Source of the DNA: Octopus bimaculoides
Taxonomy: Eukaryota
Direction of reading: 5' to 3'
Length of the DNA stretch: 64,000 nt
Assembly: GCF_001194135.2 (NCBI RefSeq)
Contig: NC_068986.1
Location: 1,511,997-1,575,996, forward strand
In this document: piece after piece, positions 37,610 through 50,488 of the stretch
How the letters are laid out: every line of letters starts with the position of its first letter
Position numbering within the stretch: position 1 is the first letter of the stretch
Translations under genes and position numbers: made by a program
The notes under the pieces: model-generated
Database searches by the model: none
The model's input: the letters and a program-made list of their open reading frames with translations, nothing else
Told to the model about the DNA's origin: nothing

Positions 37610-38747
37610 GTATGCATATATGTGTATGTTTATATATATTTATGCATTATATGAATACACGCACACACATGGTGGAGAGAAAAGGAGACAGTTAAATACT
37701 TCGAGTGCTATAAATGTAGGCATTTGCGTAGACAGGCAAGGACAGAAGCTGTGTTGCACGTTGGTTGTGGTGGTTGTTAAGAGTAAAGAGCAGAGATTTA
37801 TTGAGAAGGATGAAAATGGTGGCGAATATTTTGGGTACAGGAAGTTCATGAAGTGGAATGAATTATTTCTCAGCGAAGAGGAGGAGGAGGAGGAGGAAGA
37901 GAAGCAAAAGCAGCAGCAGCAAAAGAAGAAGGGGAAGAAGAAGAAGAAGAAGAAGTTCAATGTTTTGGACTTACTCCTTCATGAGTGAGATATGACATGA
38001 AATGGTTGGTTGCTGAGAATGGTGAATAAACAGGTTGGATGTAAGAGGAAAGACAAAGGAAGAATTAACACCGAAGACTGTAAGAGAAGAGAGGAGATAA
38101 CAAAGGTGGGGTGGGAAGGGAACTATGTTGGAAGAAGGAAGAAAATGGTCAAAGAGATAAAACAAGAATACTTGCGACCAGGTGAAAAGAATGGGTTAAG
38201 CTCGTTCTTTGGATATTTCTCTGTGTTTACTTATATATTCCAGACAGTTTTAACTCCATAGTCGGAATGAGAAGTAGTGACATAGAGAGACAGAAGATGT
38301 TTTTATTCCACCTTTATTGAGAATTTGGAGATCATCACTGTCCTTCTATAAGTTTGGTAACGACAATGACATTAAACAACTAAGCTTGGTGCTTCGATAT
38401 TCTCAATGTTTTGTGATGTTTAGTTACAACCATTTGAAGTTGATAAAATAATCACCAGTTCGGTACGGTGGGGGCAGGTTAGGTCTGTTAAATCAACATC
38501 ACTCCTCCACCAAAATATCTGCAGTTGTTGTTTAATGCATGGCAGCTCTTACTGAATGAGCTGAGGGCAAAGATGATCCAACCACAACCGTCTGCTCCTT
38601 TGGTGTACACAGAACTACAGGCTGGGGCAAAAAGGACAGGCATTTTTGAAATGGCTATGACTCAGCCCCAGTGGGAGGGACATCTGTCCGACAGGTACCA
38701 TTTGGTCCGTGGTGTCTTAGCATTTTTTTTTCTTTTCAGGTGAAGCC

Positions 38748-39057
38748 ATGGCGCTGCAAACGATAGAGCTTCACATTTTTGCCTACGATAGTTACACAAA
38801 GAATAACAAGTCTGTCACAGCAGTTCAGCGTGAGCTTCGGCACCACTTCAACATTCACCAAAATCAGGTTGTTCCTATCCATAACACAATCTTACAATGG
38901 GTGAGTGCTCATTGTACACGAGGTACACTAATGAATAAGAGACTGGTGGGGGTGTCACAAACAGTATGGACTTTAGAAAATGTAGAACACGTCAGACAAG
39001 CTTTTGATATGGAGTCCAAATCGCTCTGCTTGGAGGCATTCCGCTGAACTCGGAATC
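38748..39057 (+). mobile_element. Truncated Tc1/mariner-superfamily transposase N-terminus (DUF4817-type HTH)
   Basis: MALQTIELHIFAYDSYTKNNKSVTAVQRELRHHFNIHQNQVVPIHNTILQWV...TLENVEHVRQA, frameshift, SPNRSAWRHSAELGI; splice acceptor tttcttttcag 9 nt before the ATG. Confidence 0.8.
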
Positions 39058-39070
39058 TTGGGGTTAGTAG

Positions 39071-39115
39071 CTACTAACCCCAAGATTCCGAGTTCAATTC
39101 CAAGCAGTGACCTGC

Positions 39116-39152
<37 letters not shown>

Positions 39153-39330
39153 CAACAACATCGAAAAATACCTTAGGAATGAGAACCCAGGTTCAAAATT
39201 TCCCCAAGACACCTGATGAAGGCTAGAGGGTATATCAGCCGAAACATTGTGTTAACAACAAACAAGATGAGGACAAATATCCGTCAAATGTAAATACTGT
39301 ACATAATTCCTCATCTCTTAAATATAGAAC
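39071..39330 (+). mobile_element. Composite SINE-like element: B-box head + (AAT)n + hammerhead-bearing tail (copy 1)
   Basis: GAGTTCAATTCC B-box-like head; shares head and about 170-bp tail with 46471-47071. Confidence 0.75.
39208..39253 (+). ncRNA. Decayed copy of the same minimal hammerhead motif
   Basis: Same sequence as 46946-46991 with two G>A changes (stem II GGCTA; GAAACATT). Confidence 0.6.
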
Positions 39331-39779
39331 TGTATTAACTGTATTTGTTTCACAAGTTTGCTTCGGCTGAGTTGAGTAAGATTATTTAAGACCAAAACAA
39401 TATGATAGGTAAAAGATGATGATAGTGACCATGGTGATGAAGATGATATTGATGAGGTGGATGAGGATGATGAGGAGGTGGAGGATGACAATGATGAGGA
39501 TGAGAGAAGGAGGAGGAGGAGGGGAGGATGATGATGAGAAAGAAGGGGAGGTAAGGAAGATGAAGAGGAAGAGGAGGAAGAAGGGGAGGCAAGGAAGATG
39601 AAGAGGAAGAGCAGATTAAGGAAGTGGGGGATGACAACAACAACAATGATAAGTTTGGAAAGGAGGAGTTTTGGTTGCCATGCAAAATGAATTGAAAAGT
39701 AGAGAAGGTTTTCCCAAGACTTGTTGAGCAACTTTTATGCTACAGTTGAAGAAGATGATATGAGATATGCTGAGATTTT

Positions 39780-40490
39780 ATAAACTTATTTCCTGGGATG
39801 TTTGCATTTTTATAACAGTTTTCCAAGCAGAAAGTGAAATTCTCATTGATTTCATTTTCTAATGTGCAGCGTAAGCAGTGTGCATCAGCTGTGCACTCTT
39901 GTAGCACTTTAATATTTGATGAGGTTGCTTGTCGTATCTATAAGCATTAGTCAGTTTTGCTCCAGATCAATGACTTCATATGTTTGGCAAGCAATCTATT
40001 ATAGATCCAGCAGATATCAAACATTGATGACCCTTCAGTTTCCCTCAGCTGAGTGACACTCTTTTTTGAGGTTCATCAACATATGTTACTTCAGTATAGA
40101 AACCATGCACATCATTCAAATCAGAGATGGTCTACAGCTTCGTTTTCCTATGACTCTAACTTCATTTTGCATCTGTAATGTTATAGACTCTTCTTGACTT
40201 GATCTAGTGTTGTGAGAGTCTTGAGACGATTCTGGTGATGTTTGATATGTGACTCTCATAATGAAAGTAACAGTGGAACCCTCTCACTTTATATCTCCTT
40301 GTCGGATTACCAAGCACAGCTTTAGCTGTGTCAAACTGTGATCACAATCTTACACTAGTATTTTAAGGGCCATCTTACAGTAATGCCTAGTTTCTGTTTA
40401 TTATGTTTCCCATGATTCTTGTCCAATTAAATTTCAAAGGTTGAGACTGCAACTGTGGTCCAAATGCATATTTGGTCTAAGAAACTGAAA
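39780..40490 (-). mobile_element. Degenerate RTE-clade LINE ORF2, region between endonuclease and RT
   Basis: Minus-strand remnants DLNDVHGFY...PQKR/VTQLRETEGSSMF resemble RTE ORF2; many stops and frameshifts. Confidence 0.5.
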
Positions 40491-40501
40491 CACTAACACT
40501 A

Positions 40502-40892
40502 TCCATCTTAGTATATGGATCAGAGGCATGGGTAATATACCACAAACTGGTAAAAAAAAAGAACAAAAAAATTCAGACATCTGAGATAATGAGTATCACA
40601 TGGAAGGATATGATCTGAAACACTCTCATACTAGAGAAAGCCAAGCTCCCTGCATAGAAGAGATACAGATGCACTGAAATCTCACTGCCTTGGGCAAGTC
40701 TAAAGAAATGGGGAAAAAAATCTTAGTCCGCAACACAAATATTCTGCCTATATTTGTAGTTGTACAAGAAATGAAAGCAGTCTTTGATTGAGATATAAGG
40801 AGATGGCAAGAGATAGCATGAAGAAATTGGACATTGATATCCACAGCTGGTCAACAGCAGCTGAAGACAGAAGCCTGTGGAGGAAATTGATT
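40502..40892 (+). mobile_element. Degenerate RTE-clade LINE ORF2 C-terminal region
   Basis: SILVYGSEAW; IMSITWKDMI*NTLILEKA; LRYKEMARDSMKKLDIDIHSWSTAAEDRSLWR. Confidence 0.75.
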
Positions 40893-42061
40893 CGATTCTG
40901 ACTTGCAATATTCTATATGGACAGTCATTGTCAATTATCAACAAACTGCAGATGACGATAACGAGGAGTTGTTGTTGTTGTTGGTGGTGATGATGATGAT
41001 GATGAAGATATCAGATATGCATTTACCATTAAGAAAATAACAGAGATCAGAGTAACTGTCAGCTATTCAACAGAAATACTTTGGTAACAGGTTGTCTGTT
41101 TAAAACACAGGAAAATGCAGAGAAAACTTAAGACGCTGGCTGTAGATCTAAAATGTAAAATTATTCACTTAGATTATCTGAAACATATTGTCCACAAAGT
41201 GATAATCCACAAGATTCACTCTATGACAGTAACTGTTGAATTAATATCTAAATAATTAACTGAAGAGATTTATTTTTTCAAATAAGCTTATTTCTTCTGT
41301 CAACTCATGCACAAAGAGAGTAGTATGGCTGAAAGGTTAAAAAAGTCTGCCTTGCAACCATGAAATCTTGGGTTCAATCCCACAGTATGGCATCTTGAGC
41401 AAATATTACTTTCTATAGGCTTGGGTCAATCCATATTTTGTGAGCAGAATGGGGCAGATGGAAACTATGAAATTCGGCCAGATGGAATGTGCTTGGAATT
41501 CAAAGGCACAACCTTGTTGCATCACACTGCATCATGTTGATTCCCCATGAGAATTACATTAAGGGTACATGTACCTTTGGAATTTACTGCATGGCTCAGT
41601 GATTAGAGCATCAGGCTTACAATCATGAGGTAGTGAGTTCAATTCCCGGACCAGGCTGTGTGTTGTGTTCTTGAGCAAGATCCTTCATTTCACGTTGCTC
41701 CAGTTCACTCAGCTGTAAAAATGAGTTGCGACATCACTGGTGCTATACCTTTTCCATAACATCGGCAGTGTGGAGAGGAGAGATTGGTATGCATGGATGA
41801 CCGCTGGTCTTCCATAAAACAACCTTGCTCAGACTTGTGCCATTGCCAGTGCCACCTGACTGGCCCCCGTGCCGGTGGCACGTAAAAGCACCCACTACAC
41901 TCACGGAGTGGTTGGCGTTAGGAAGGGCATCCAGCTGTAGAAACTCTGCCAGATCAGATTGGAGCCTGGTGTAGCCATGTGGCTCGCCAGTCCCCAGTCA
42001 AATCGTCCAACCCATGCTAGCATGGAAAGCGGACGTTAAATGATGATGATGATGATGTGTA

Positions 42062-42094
<33 letters not shown>

Positions 42095-42801
42095 CAACGT
42101 ATATATAAGTATACACACACACACACACACATCAGTGAAGGATATAAACAGTAAGGTATGCAGAACATCAATGCCTTTTTAAATGAAGTCCGTCCCTTAT
42201 GAGTTCTCTTTTACACCAAGCTACATATACTTCCCAATTACTCTCTCACTGTTAGAAATGCAACGAAGCACGGGAGTGGTGTGATATAAAATAAATAAAT
42301 AAAATCAAAATAACAACATATAAAAAAGAAGTTATAGAAGTATACAAATAAACCAATAAGATGGTTCTCAAAAAGTGACAGACTGCATTATGATATTACC
42401 TTGTGAAAGAAACTAGAGCATGTGTGTTGGCTACAACAACAACTGCAGACAGAATTAATTATAAGAGTGATAGTATACAATAATACTTGCTGATATTACT
42501 ACAGTCAAAGGTGAGTTATCCATTATCACTCAGAAGAAGACTTTGAAAGATCTGAAACTCCATAATATAGTTGCAGTACAAAAAAAGCAAAAAAATAAAT
42601 AAAGAAATAAAAAATAAAATAAAGAAAAACCAAAAACCCTGGCAGATCTAATACCAGAAACTTGTATGAACACGCAACATAGGAAAATATTGGCAAAAGT
42701 ATCCTGCAAATTTATTAGACTTTGAAGTAGTCAGCTATTTAAGATATGAAAATTACTATAGTATACATAGAACCAACAGAAAGCCAGTATATATACATGC
42801 A

Positions 42802-42889
<88 letters not shown>

Positions 42890-42892
42890 AAG

Positions 42893-43290
42893 GCACAAGC
42901 GTGGGTGTGTGGTAAGAAACTTGCTTCCTAGTTATATGATCCTGGGTTCAGTCCCACTGCATGACACCTTGGGCAAGTGTCTTCTACTATAGCCTTCAGC
43001 TGACTGAAGCTTTGTGAGTGGATTTGGTAGATGGAAACTGAAAGAAGCCCATTGTGTGTGTATATATATATATGTGTGTATGTATGTATGTATATATGTA
43101 TAAATATTTATATGTGTCTTTGTGTCTGTGTTTGTCTCCACCACTATTTTGCTTGACAACCGATGTTGGTGTGTTTATGTCCCCACAACTTAATGGTTTG
43201 GCAAAATAATCTGATAGAATAAGTACTAGGCTTACAAAGAAAATCCTGGGATTGATTTCTTTGACTAAAACCCTTCAAGGCGGTGCTCCA
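42893..43290 (+). mobile_element. Family-C SINE
   Basis: Reverse complement of 15609-15985. Confidence 0.85.
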
Positions 43291-44302
43291 GGAAGAATGT
43301 TGTGATCTTGGTCACCTATACATCATGGAGACCAAGTAACCAGCCTAGGAATTGAAAGCAAAAAATTGGTTGTTAAGCCCACTGAACAAACCTGGAATCA
43401 AAGACATTCCATACATGACTTTGCCAAGGTTTATTTGAATATTGTGTAATAGCTATCTAGAACTACATTATGATATGTGTCCTTCCATTTTGAGAGATTA
43501 TAACATGCAGTTTGAGAGAGATTTGGCAGCTATGTCTAGCAGGATGAGCAACCACAGGGAGGCTCCACAACACAGGTAAAGTACACAGCAAAGATACTAC
43601 ACTGATCATTAGGCTAAGGTTGTTACAAGGTGAAGATTTGGTATTCAGCAGGCATTCACACAAAAGTATGCTATCCTCTGGCAATGTCCTCCATAACATT
43701 AACCTTATCATTTCTGAACTGAAATTAACTTTAGAATGAATAAGAAATTATTATATCAGTTTTATATGAATGAATTTTCTGTTTTTAATTACCTTGTTGT
43801 CTTGCAAAGCATGCAATCAAGCCACTTTCCTTATGTGTGTCTGTTGTTGTTGCTATTCTAGTTTACCACCATCCCCAAATCTACTTTAATCTGGTAGATT
43901 TATGATCCAAGGCAGTAGCTGCCAAAATTATTTTGTCGCAGAACCCACGTCTATATTTTACAGATAACCACCACTATGCCGACCCTGCTAATTTTAATAA
44001 ACATTAAATGAAACAGAAACTGATTCAGAGAGAATTTATAAATATCTTTTACAAATTTCAGTCATTGAACTGAAATCATCCAGGGGCATGCGTTGAAGGG
44101 GGCACTTACTTGAATGAACGAACCACAGTACTTTTAATAGGATAAGGCCTGGTAATTATTGTATTGGTCTCTTATGCTGAACCACTAAGTTATGGAGACG
44201 TAAACAAGCTAATGCCAGTTGGCAAGAGGTGGTGGGGGACAAACACAAACACACACAATCATACCCCCACCACCACCACTACCACACACAGCCATGCCAG
44301 CA

Positions 44303-44341
<39 letters not shown>

Positions 44342-44375
44342 NNNNNNNNNNNNNNNNNNNNNNNNNNNNNNNNNN

Positions 44376-44416
<41 letters not shown>

Positions 44417-44587
44417 AAGAGAAAGCACAAATGTTGCAAGTGTCCTACTTGCATTTTTAGTGTTGGATCAGTTAAATGTCAATGCAGGTCTCTTAAAACA
44501 GGGTATATGTTTCTAAAGTAGTAACAGATAACACTTAGCTTGCAAATAATTATAATAATAATAATAATGATGATAATAATAATAATA

Positions 44588-44628
<41 letters not shown>

Positions 44629-45764
44629 AATAAATAAAAATAAAAAGCGGAAATGTCACAGACACACGCTTTCATGTCGATGAAACTGAGTAATGGGCAT
44701 GTGAATTTTACCTGTCTACCTACAAGTATAAAATACATAATTTATGGAGTATTTACCTGATCCTTGTTATTAATTTGTCGTTAGATAGCATTAGGTATGT
44801 TACATGCGAAGACATGAATGGCTACACAAAAAAATTTGTAGTACAAGTTTCCATACTTTTCATCTCTCAGACCATTTGTATTTACATGTGTAGAAAGATT
44901 ATTTGAATACATCATCATAAAACGGACAGCAAGTGTGATAGCTAAAAGTCTTCATTGCACAGAATATTTTGGTGATTTATATGAAAATTGTTCCTGATTA
45001 TTAAAGACACAGTTTGTAGAAGCAAATAAGAACACCTCATCACAAAACTGATCAATAGAGCTCTGTGTAGCACTTGAGAATATTCTGTTTTGTAAATCAA
45101 AATCTCAGCTTTTATAAAGCCGAACGGGATTTCTAGAAAGTCAGACCTGAGTAATTGGTGGGAAGGTTTCTTTTCATTTGGTTACACACATAAAATCCTA
45201 TTATATTTTTATAACTGAATATTATTAAGGAATTGTATGAAAAAAATTGTTGAAATATTTTGTGCATTGAAGAAGCTTGACTAATTTTATTACACATAAG
45301 TTTTAACAACAAAATCTTATAGGGATCTTTAATGGCCTTTTGAACCCAGGAAGAGAACCACTACTTTCAACAAAGCATCCTACAGAAATTTGCTCAGCAC
45401 CAAGTTAGAAATACTCCCTTGTCATTCCCACTATCAGAAATAAAATAAACAAGTGTTTACTGACTGGAACCCCCCCCCCCCNNNNNNNNNNNNNNNNNNN
45501 NNNNNNNNNNNNNNNNNNNNNNNNNNNNNNNNNNNNNNNNNNNNNNTACAATGTCTTAAGTTCACAAATTGTAGAATAAATAAAAAAAGTAAGAAAATGT
45601 TGTTTGGTACACTATGATATTATGTTAGGGATGGGAGACAATAATTCTTGTTTTATCTAAACCAGGAACTGTTATCTTCAGTGTGAAGATAAAATTTCAA
45701 TAGGTCAGCTTGTAGTCAAGCATTCCATTCTTTGCTGTAGCATCTGTCATAACTCTGAAAGGAG

Positions 45765-45850
45765 GAGAGAAAGGGAGAAGGAGAGAAAGGGAGAAGGAGA
45801 GAAAGGGAGAAGGAGGGAAAGGGAGAAGGAGGGAAAGGGAGAAGGAGGAT
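45765..45850 (+). repeat. 16-bp purine-only tandem repeat (gagaaagggagaagga) x about 5
   Basis: Direct reading. Confidence 0.85.
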
Positions 45851-46514
45851 TGAAGAGTCCTATTTAGGTTAAGACAGTCTGACAGGGTTATGGGGATTTT
45901 CCAGCTTTCTGTCATTGTCACTTTACAACGAATGCATGCGTGCGCGCACGTGTGTGTGTGCCTGTGCATATTTGTGAAAGAAAGAGGGAGAAGAAGAGAA
46001 AAAAATAAGAGAGGGAGACAGAGGAAAGAGACAGAGGAGAGAAAGAAAGAGAGAGAAAGACTGAACAAAATACACTGGAATATTTAAAAACTTAAGTGAA
46101 ACACGTTACTTTAGTTAATTTCCATCAGATAAATATTTATTTTTCTCCCTGAATCTGTAAATCAAATACATTAGTCTGTTTATTTTGATGTTAGCAGGTA
46201 CACTAGGCAAGACTTACTGTTTCAAACATGTGGTGGAATTGTCTTCATGTAGCTTAGCTTGACCATGTGGTAAGAAGCTTACTTCTCAACCACATGGTCT
46301 TGGGATCAGTTCCACTGCATGATAACTTGGACAAGTGTGTTCTACTATAGCCCTGGGCTGACCAAAGTTTGATAAGTAAATTTGGTAGATGAAACTGAAA
46401 GAAGCCCTTTTTATACGTATATTTATGTATGCATGTATATGTGTCTTCTTGTCTTGACTGCTTAATATGATTCCGAGTTCAAATCCAGGCAGTGACCTGA
46501 ATAATAATAATATC

Positions 46515-46550
<36 letters not shown>

Positions 46551-46552
<2 letters not shown>

Positions 46553-46872
46553 CAGCGAATGACAGCGAAACGGGCTGATTACTACTTAGATCAGATTCCA
46601 GGAAACCCCAAAATGGCTGAAGTTCAAAAAATAGTGCTCATGGGAACTGCCCATATCCTACGTAAAATACTGTCTATGTGATCTCAAATTTTAAAGCAAA
46701 CACATAATTTTCTTATGGTTTCTTAAACATTCACTTGAACAAAACTGTACAAATACAAATATATGGTACCCTAGGCATAACACCTACATGAACTTCTAAC
46801 TTGTTGTCTCTTGAGGTCTCTGGGTGAGACTTGGATCCAACTTGTACAAATGCAAAACAAAAGTCAAACATA
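46551..46872 (+). mobile_element. 5'-truncated R4/Dong-type (REL endonuclease) non-LTR retrotransposon 3' end
   Basis: 46562-46681 = TAKRADYYLDQIPGNPKMAEVQKIVLMGTAHILRKILSM*, matching the QKxVLxGTAxILRKxL C-terminus; flanked by (AAT)n on both sides. Confidence 0.8.
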
Positions 46873-46945
46873 AAATAATACTAATAATAATAATAACATT
46901 GAAAAATACCTTAGATATGAGAACCCAGGTTTGAAATTTCCCCTA

Positions 46946-46991
46946 GACACCTGATGAAGGCTGGAGGGTATATCAGCCGAAACGTTGTGTT
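46946..46991 (+). ncRNA. Minimal type I hammerhead motif within composite SINE-like element
   Basis: Stem I GACAC/GTGTT; CTGATGA plus extra A; stem II GGCTG/CAGCC; GAAAC then GTT (palindrome AACGTT, no loop III). Confidence 0.75.
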
Positions 46992-47281
46992 AACAACAAA
47001 CAAGATGAGGACGAATATCTGTCAAATGTAAATAATGTACATAATTCCTCATCTCTTTAAATATAGAACTGGAAACGCTGATGAAGTTGACTTTTGGTCA
47101 ATGGCATTACAACTATACTCCTATCAACTTATTGTGGAACACAGTGGATCTAGAATTACATTATCTAATGTGTTCTTTTTAAGCTGTCAGAGTGTGATCT
47201 AAAATAGATTTGGCCTCTATTTCTACCAATCTGAACAACTTCATAGAAATTCCATTGTTGTTTCATGTAAAGTGATGTTGA

Positions 47282-47895
47282 TTAACCTTTTAACAATTAA
47301 ACTGGCCATATTTAACCCAAATTTTCTATCTGTCTTACATTCAAACAGCCAGATCTGGCCTCTCACACCTACCCTACAATATTATTGGAGTGGCTGTATG
47401 ATAAGAAGCTTGCTGACCAACCACAAGATTCTGAATTCAGTCCCACAAGTGTCTTCTAGTGGGTTGGCAACTAAGTTCCTGCGGTTTTTAAAATTTTGCA
47501 ATTTATTGCATTTTTAAATTTTGGAATCTATTTTTTTTGAGAATTCTATTTTTGAATCATTTTGGAATCTATCTTTTTTTTTTTCGAGTTAATTTTAGTT
47601 AATTTTTGTTTATTTTCAGATCATTAAATGCTGGTGTGTTTACGCCCTCGTAACTTAATGGTTTGGCAAAAGAGACCAATAGAGTAAGTACTAGGCTTAC
47701 AAAGAATAAGTCCTGGGGTTGATTTACTTGACTAAAGGTGGTGCTCCAGCATGGCTGCAGTCAAATGACTGAAAAGAATAAAAGAATAAAGAACCACATC
47801 ATTGAAATCTTGAAGCTANNNNNNNNNNTTCATTCAAAAGAATATGAATAAATGAGCATTACATTTGACAGAGTAAGCTGAATGCTAAAGGGTTA
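47282..47895. mobile_element. piggyBac-like MITE (TTAACC...GGGTTA ends) with inserted SINE pieces; second partial copy at 9590-9765
   Basis: Both loci share ccagat(c/t)tggcctc...cctacaat and gcattacatttgaca...gaatgct(a/g)aagggtta. Confidence 0.5.
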
Positions 47896-48229
47896 CATCA
47901 TCAGGTGTCATATGACATCCTTATTCGTGCAACCAATATTATTTACAGCTGGTGTTAGCTGATATCATTCTTCATATGACCAATGCTATTAAATCTGGTG
48001 CTATGCAACACTCTAGCTCAAATGACTAATCTTATTTACATTTGTTAGGTAACATCATGATCCATATGACCAACACTATTTAAAAAGCACCCACTACACT
48101 CTCTGAGTGGTTGGTGTTAGGAAGGGCATCCAGCTGTAGAAACTCTGCCAAATTAGATTGGAGCCAGTCCTCACCAGTCCTCAGTCAAATCGTCCAACCC
48201 ATGCTAGCATGGAAAGCGGACGTTAAACA

Positions 48230-48264
<35 letters not shown>

Positions 48265-48630
48265 ATGACATCATCATGAATATGACTAATGCCAGAATAG
48301 GTCAAAGGTAACATTGGTGCAGTGCTGACATCTATTTCTCCTTCAAATTTGTTACTTGAAGCTGACTCCACAGGGTCTTATTTAAATCATTGATATAAAT
48401 AGTTTAAATAACATGTTGAGTGTTTGTCTCCATTTTCCATTGTTTTTATGTTCTCCGAAACATGTCTCACTCCTCCTTGGAATTAACTCCCATGTCAGTG
48501 TGATCACCGATTCCCAGGACACTCATGTGACATTGGATACCTTGTAATTGCTCCTCTGGATCTTTCTTATAAATCGAACATCCATATATGTATATGCACA
48601 TACATACATATAAAATGGATATATATGTAT

Positions 48631-48665
<35 letters not shown>

Positions 48666-48668
<3 letters not shown>

Positions 48669-48880
48669 GCAGCGAGCTGGCAGAAACGTTAGTAGACTGG
48701 GCGAAATGCTTAGTGGTATTTCATCTGTCTTTACGTTCTGAGTTCAAATTCTGCTATGGTCAACTTTGCCTTTCATCTTTCGGGGTTAATAAATTAAGTA
48801 CCAGTTGCATACTGGGGTTGATCTAACTGACTGGCCCTCTCACCCCAAAATTTCAGGCTTTATGCCTAGAGTAGGAAAGA

Positions 48881-48882
<2 letters not shown>
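48666..48882 (+). mobile_element. Family-B SINE, full length
   Basis: A-box-like gagctggcagaa, B-box gagttcaaattc, central ttgcctttcatctttcggggttaataaattaagtaccag block. Confidence 0.85.
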
Positions 48883-48911
<29 letters not shown>

Positions 48912-49579
48912 TATATATATACATACACATATATGTATGTATCTATCTATATCTATCTATCTTTATGTATGTGTGTGTATATATATATATATAAAAGATA
49001 CATAATAGATATATATGTATATATATATATATATGTTATATATANNNNNNNNNNNNNNNNNNNNNNNNNNNNNNNNNNNNNNNNNNNNNNNNNNNNNNNN
49101 NNNNNNNNNNNNNNNNNNNNNNNNNNNNNNNNNNNNNNNNNNNNNNNNNNNNNNNNNNNNNNNNNNNNNNNNNNNNNNNNNNNNNNNNNNNNNNNNNNNN
49201 NNNNNNNNNNNNNNNNNNNNNNNNNNNNNNNNNNNNNNNNNNNNNNNNNNNNNNNNNNNNNNNNNNNNNNNNNNNNNNNNNNNNNNNNNNNNNNNNNNNN
49301 NNNNNNNNNNNNNNNNNNNNNNNNNNNNNNNNNNNNNNNNNNNNNNNNNNNNNNNNNNNNNNNNNNNNNNNNNNNNNNNNNNNNNNNNNNNNNNNNNNNN
49401 NNNNNNNNNNNNNNNNNNNNNNNNNNNNNNNNNNNNNNNNNNNNNNNNNNNNNNNNNNNNNNNNNNNNNNNNNNNNNNNNNNNNNNNNNNNNNNNNNNNN
49501 NNNNNNNNNNNNNNNNNNNNNNNNNNNNNNNNNNNNNNNNNNNNNNNNNNNNNNNNNNNNNNNNNNNNNNNNNNNNNNN

Positions 49580-49631
<52 letters not shown>

Positions 49632-50162
49632 TATGTATACATGTGTGTATATCTATCTTCTATCTGTCAATATGTGTGAGTGTGTGTGCATGTGTGAATG
49701 TATGTGTGTATATAACTAAATAGAATTTTTCCATTTTTTCCCTAGGTTTGGTACAATGTATTTTAGTTTAATTAGGCCTCTTAGAAGATTTCTATCTGTT
49801 TTGTGGTAAGAGTTCAAAATTGTCTATGGAAATGTCTGCTTTATTTTTTGGTTTATTTATATAGTTTAGCTTATTTGTGTTGGAGAAATGAAAGTGATAT
49901 TTATAAGGGCCTTCTTTCTTTTTTTTCCTTTTTTTTTGTTATGTGTGCATCAATCAATTTCTTTGTGTACCCATTACTGATTTGATATCATTACAAATAT
50001 AAAACAGAGACGACTGTCTGCTGAATATTGTGATGTTACTATTTTATTATATGGTAGGCAGTTCAAAGTGTCGAAAAGGCTGTGTCATTCAGTTAAATTC
50101 AGAAGGTACATCAGAGGTTATGAGTGTTGGATGTAATATTTACAAGAGGTTATACAAGTTGA

Positions 50163-50193
<31 letters not shown>

Positions 50194-50457
50194 CTCACAC
50201 AGACAGACAGATGCACACACACACACACAAATATATCACGGTTTATTACAAGCTGAAGGCTGCACATTTTACTTTTACATACTGTTACTCTAAGTTTCAC
50301 ATTTGCAAAAACCCTAACTCTGAAACTTAGAGCAAAGGGTTAGTGACATTTTCAGCTTACAATAATAAACAGAATAAAACATTTCAATACATATTGAATG
50401 CTCTTTTTCACTTTTTGCTTGTACAAAGTTTTTGAGATAAACACATTAAAAAGACAT

Positions 50458-50488
<31 letters not shown>

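Larger units (their letters stand above)
46471..47071 (+). mobile_element. Composite SINE-like element (copy 2), interrupted in its (AAT)n tract
   Basis: GAGTTCAAATCC head, AAT tract, inserted LINE 3' end, then the same tail as 39160-39330. Confidence 0.75.

Noticed and set aside
48450-48470. CGAAACATGTC hammerhead 3' half
   Set aside because: No matching CTGANGA or stem II partner upstream.
48666-48760. tRNA-like A/B boxes at SINE heads
   Set aside because: No complete cloverleaf; they continue into SINE bodies, so they are not tRNA genes.
50288-50341. 12-bp stem plus 6-bp loop pairing (pseudoknot-like)
   Set aside because: Single instance, no ribozyme or frameshift context, AT-rich chance plausible.
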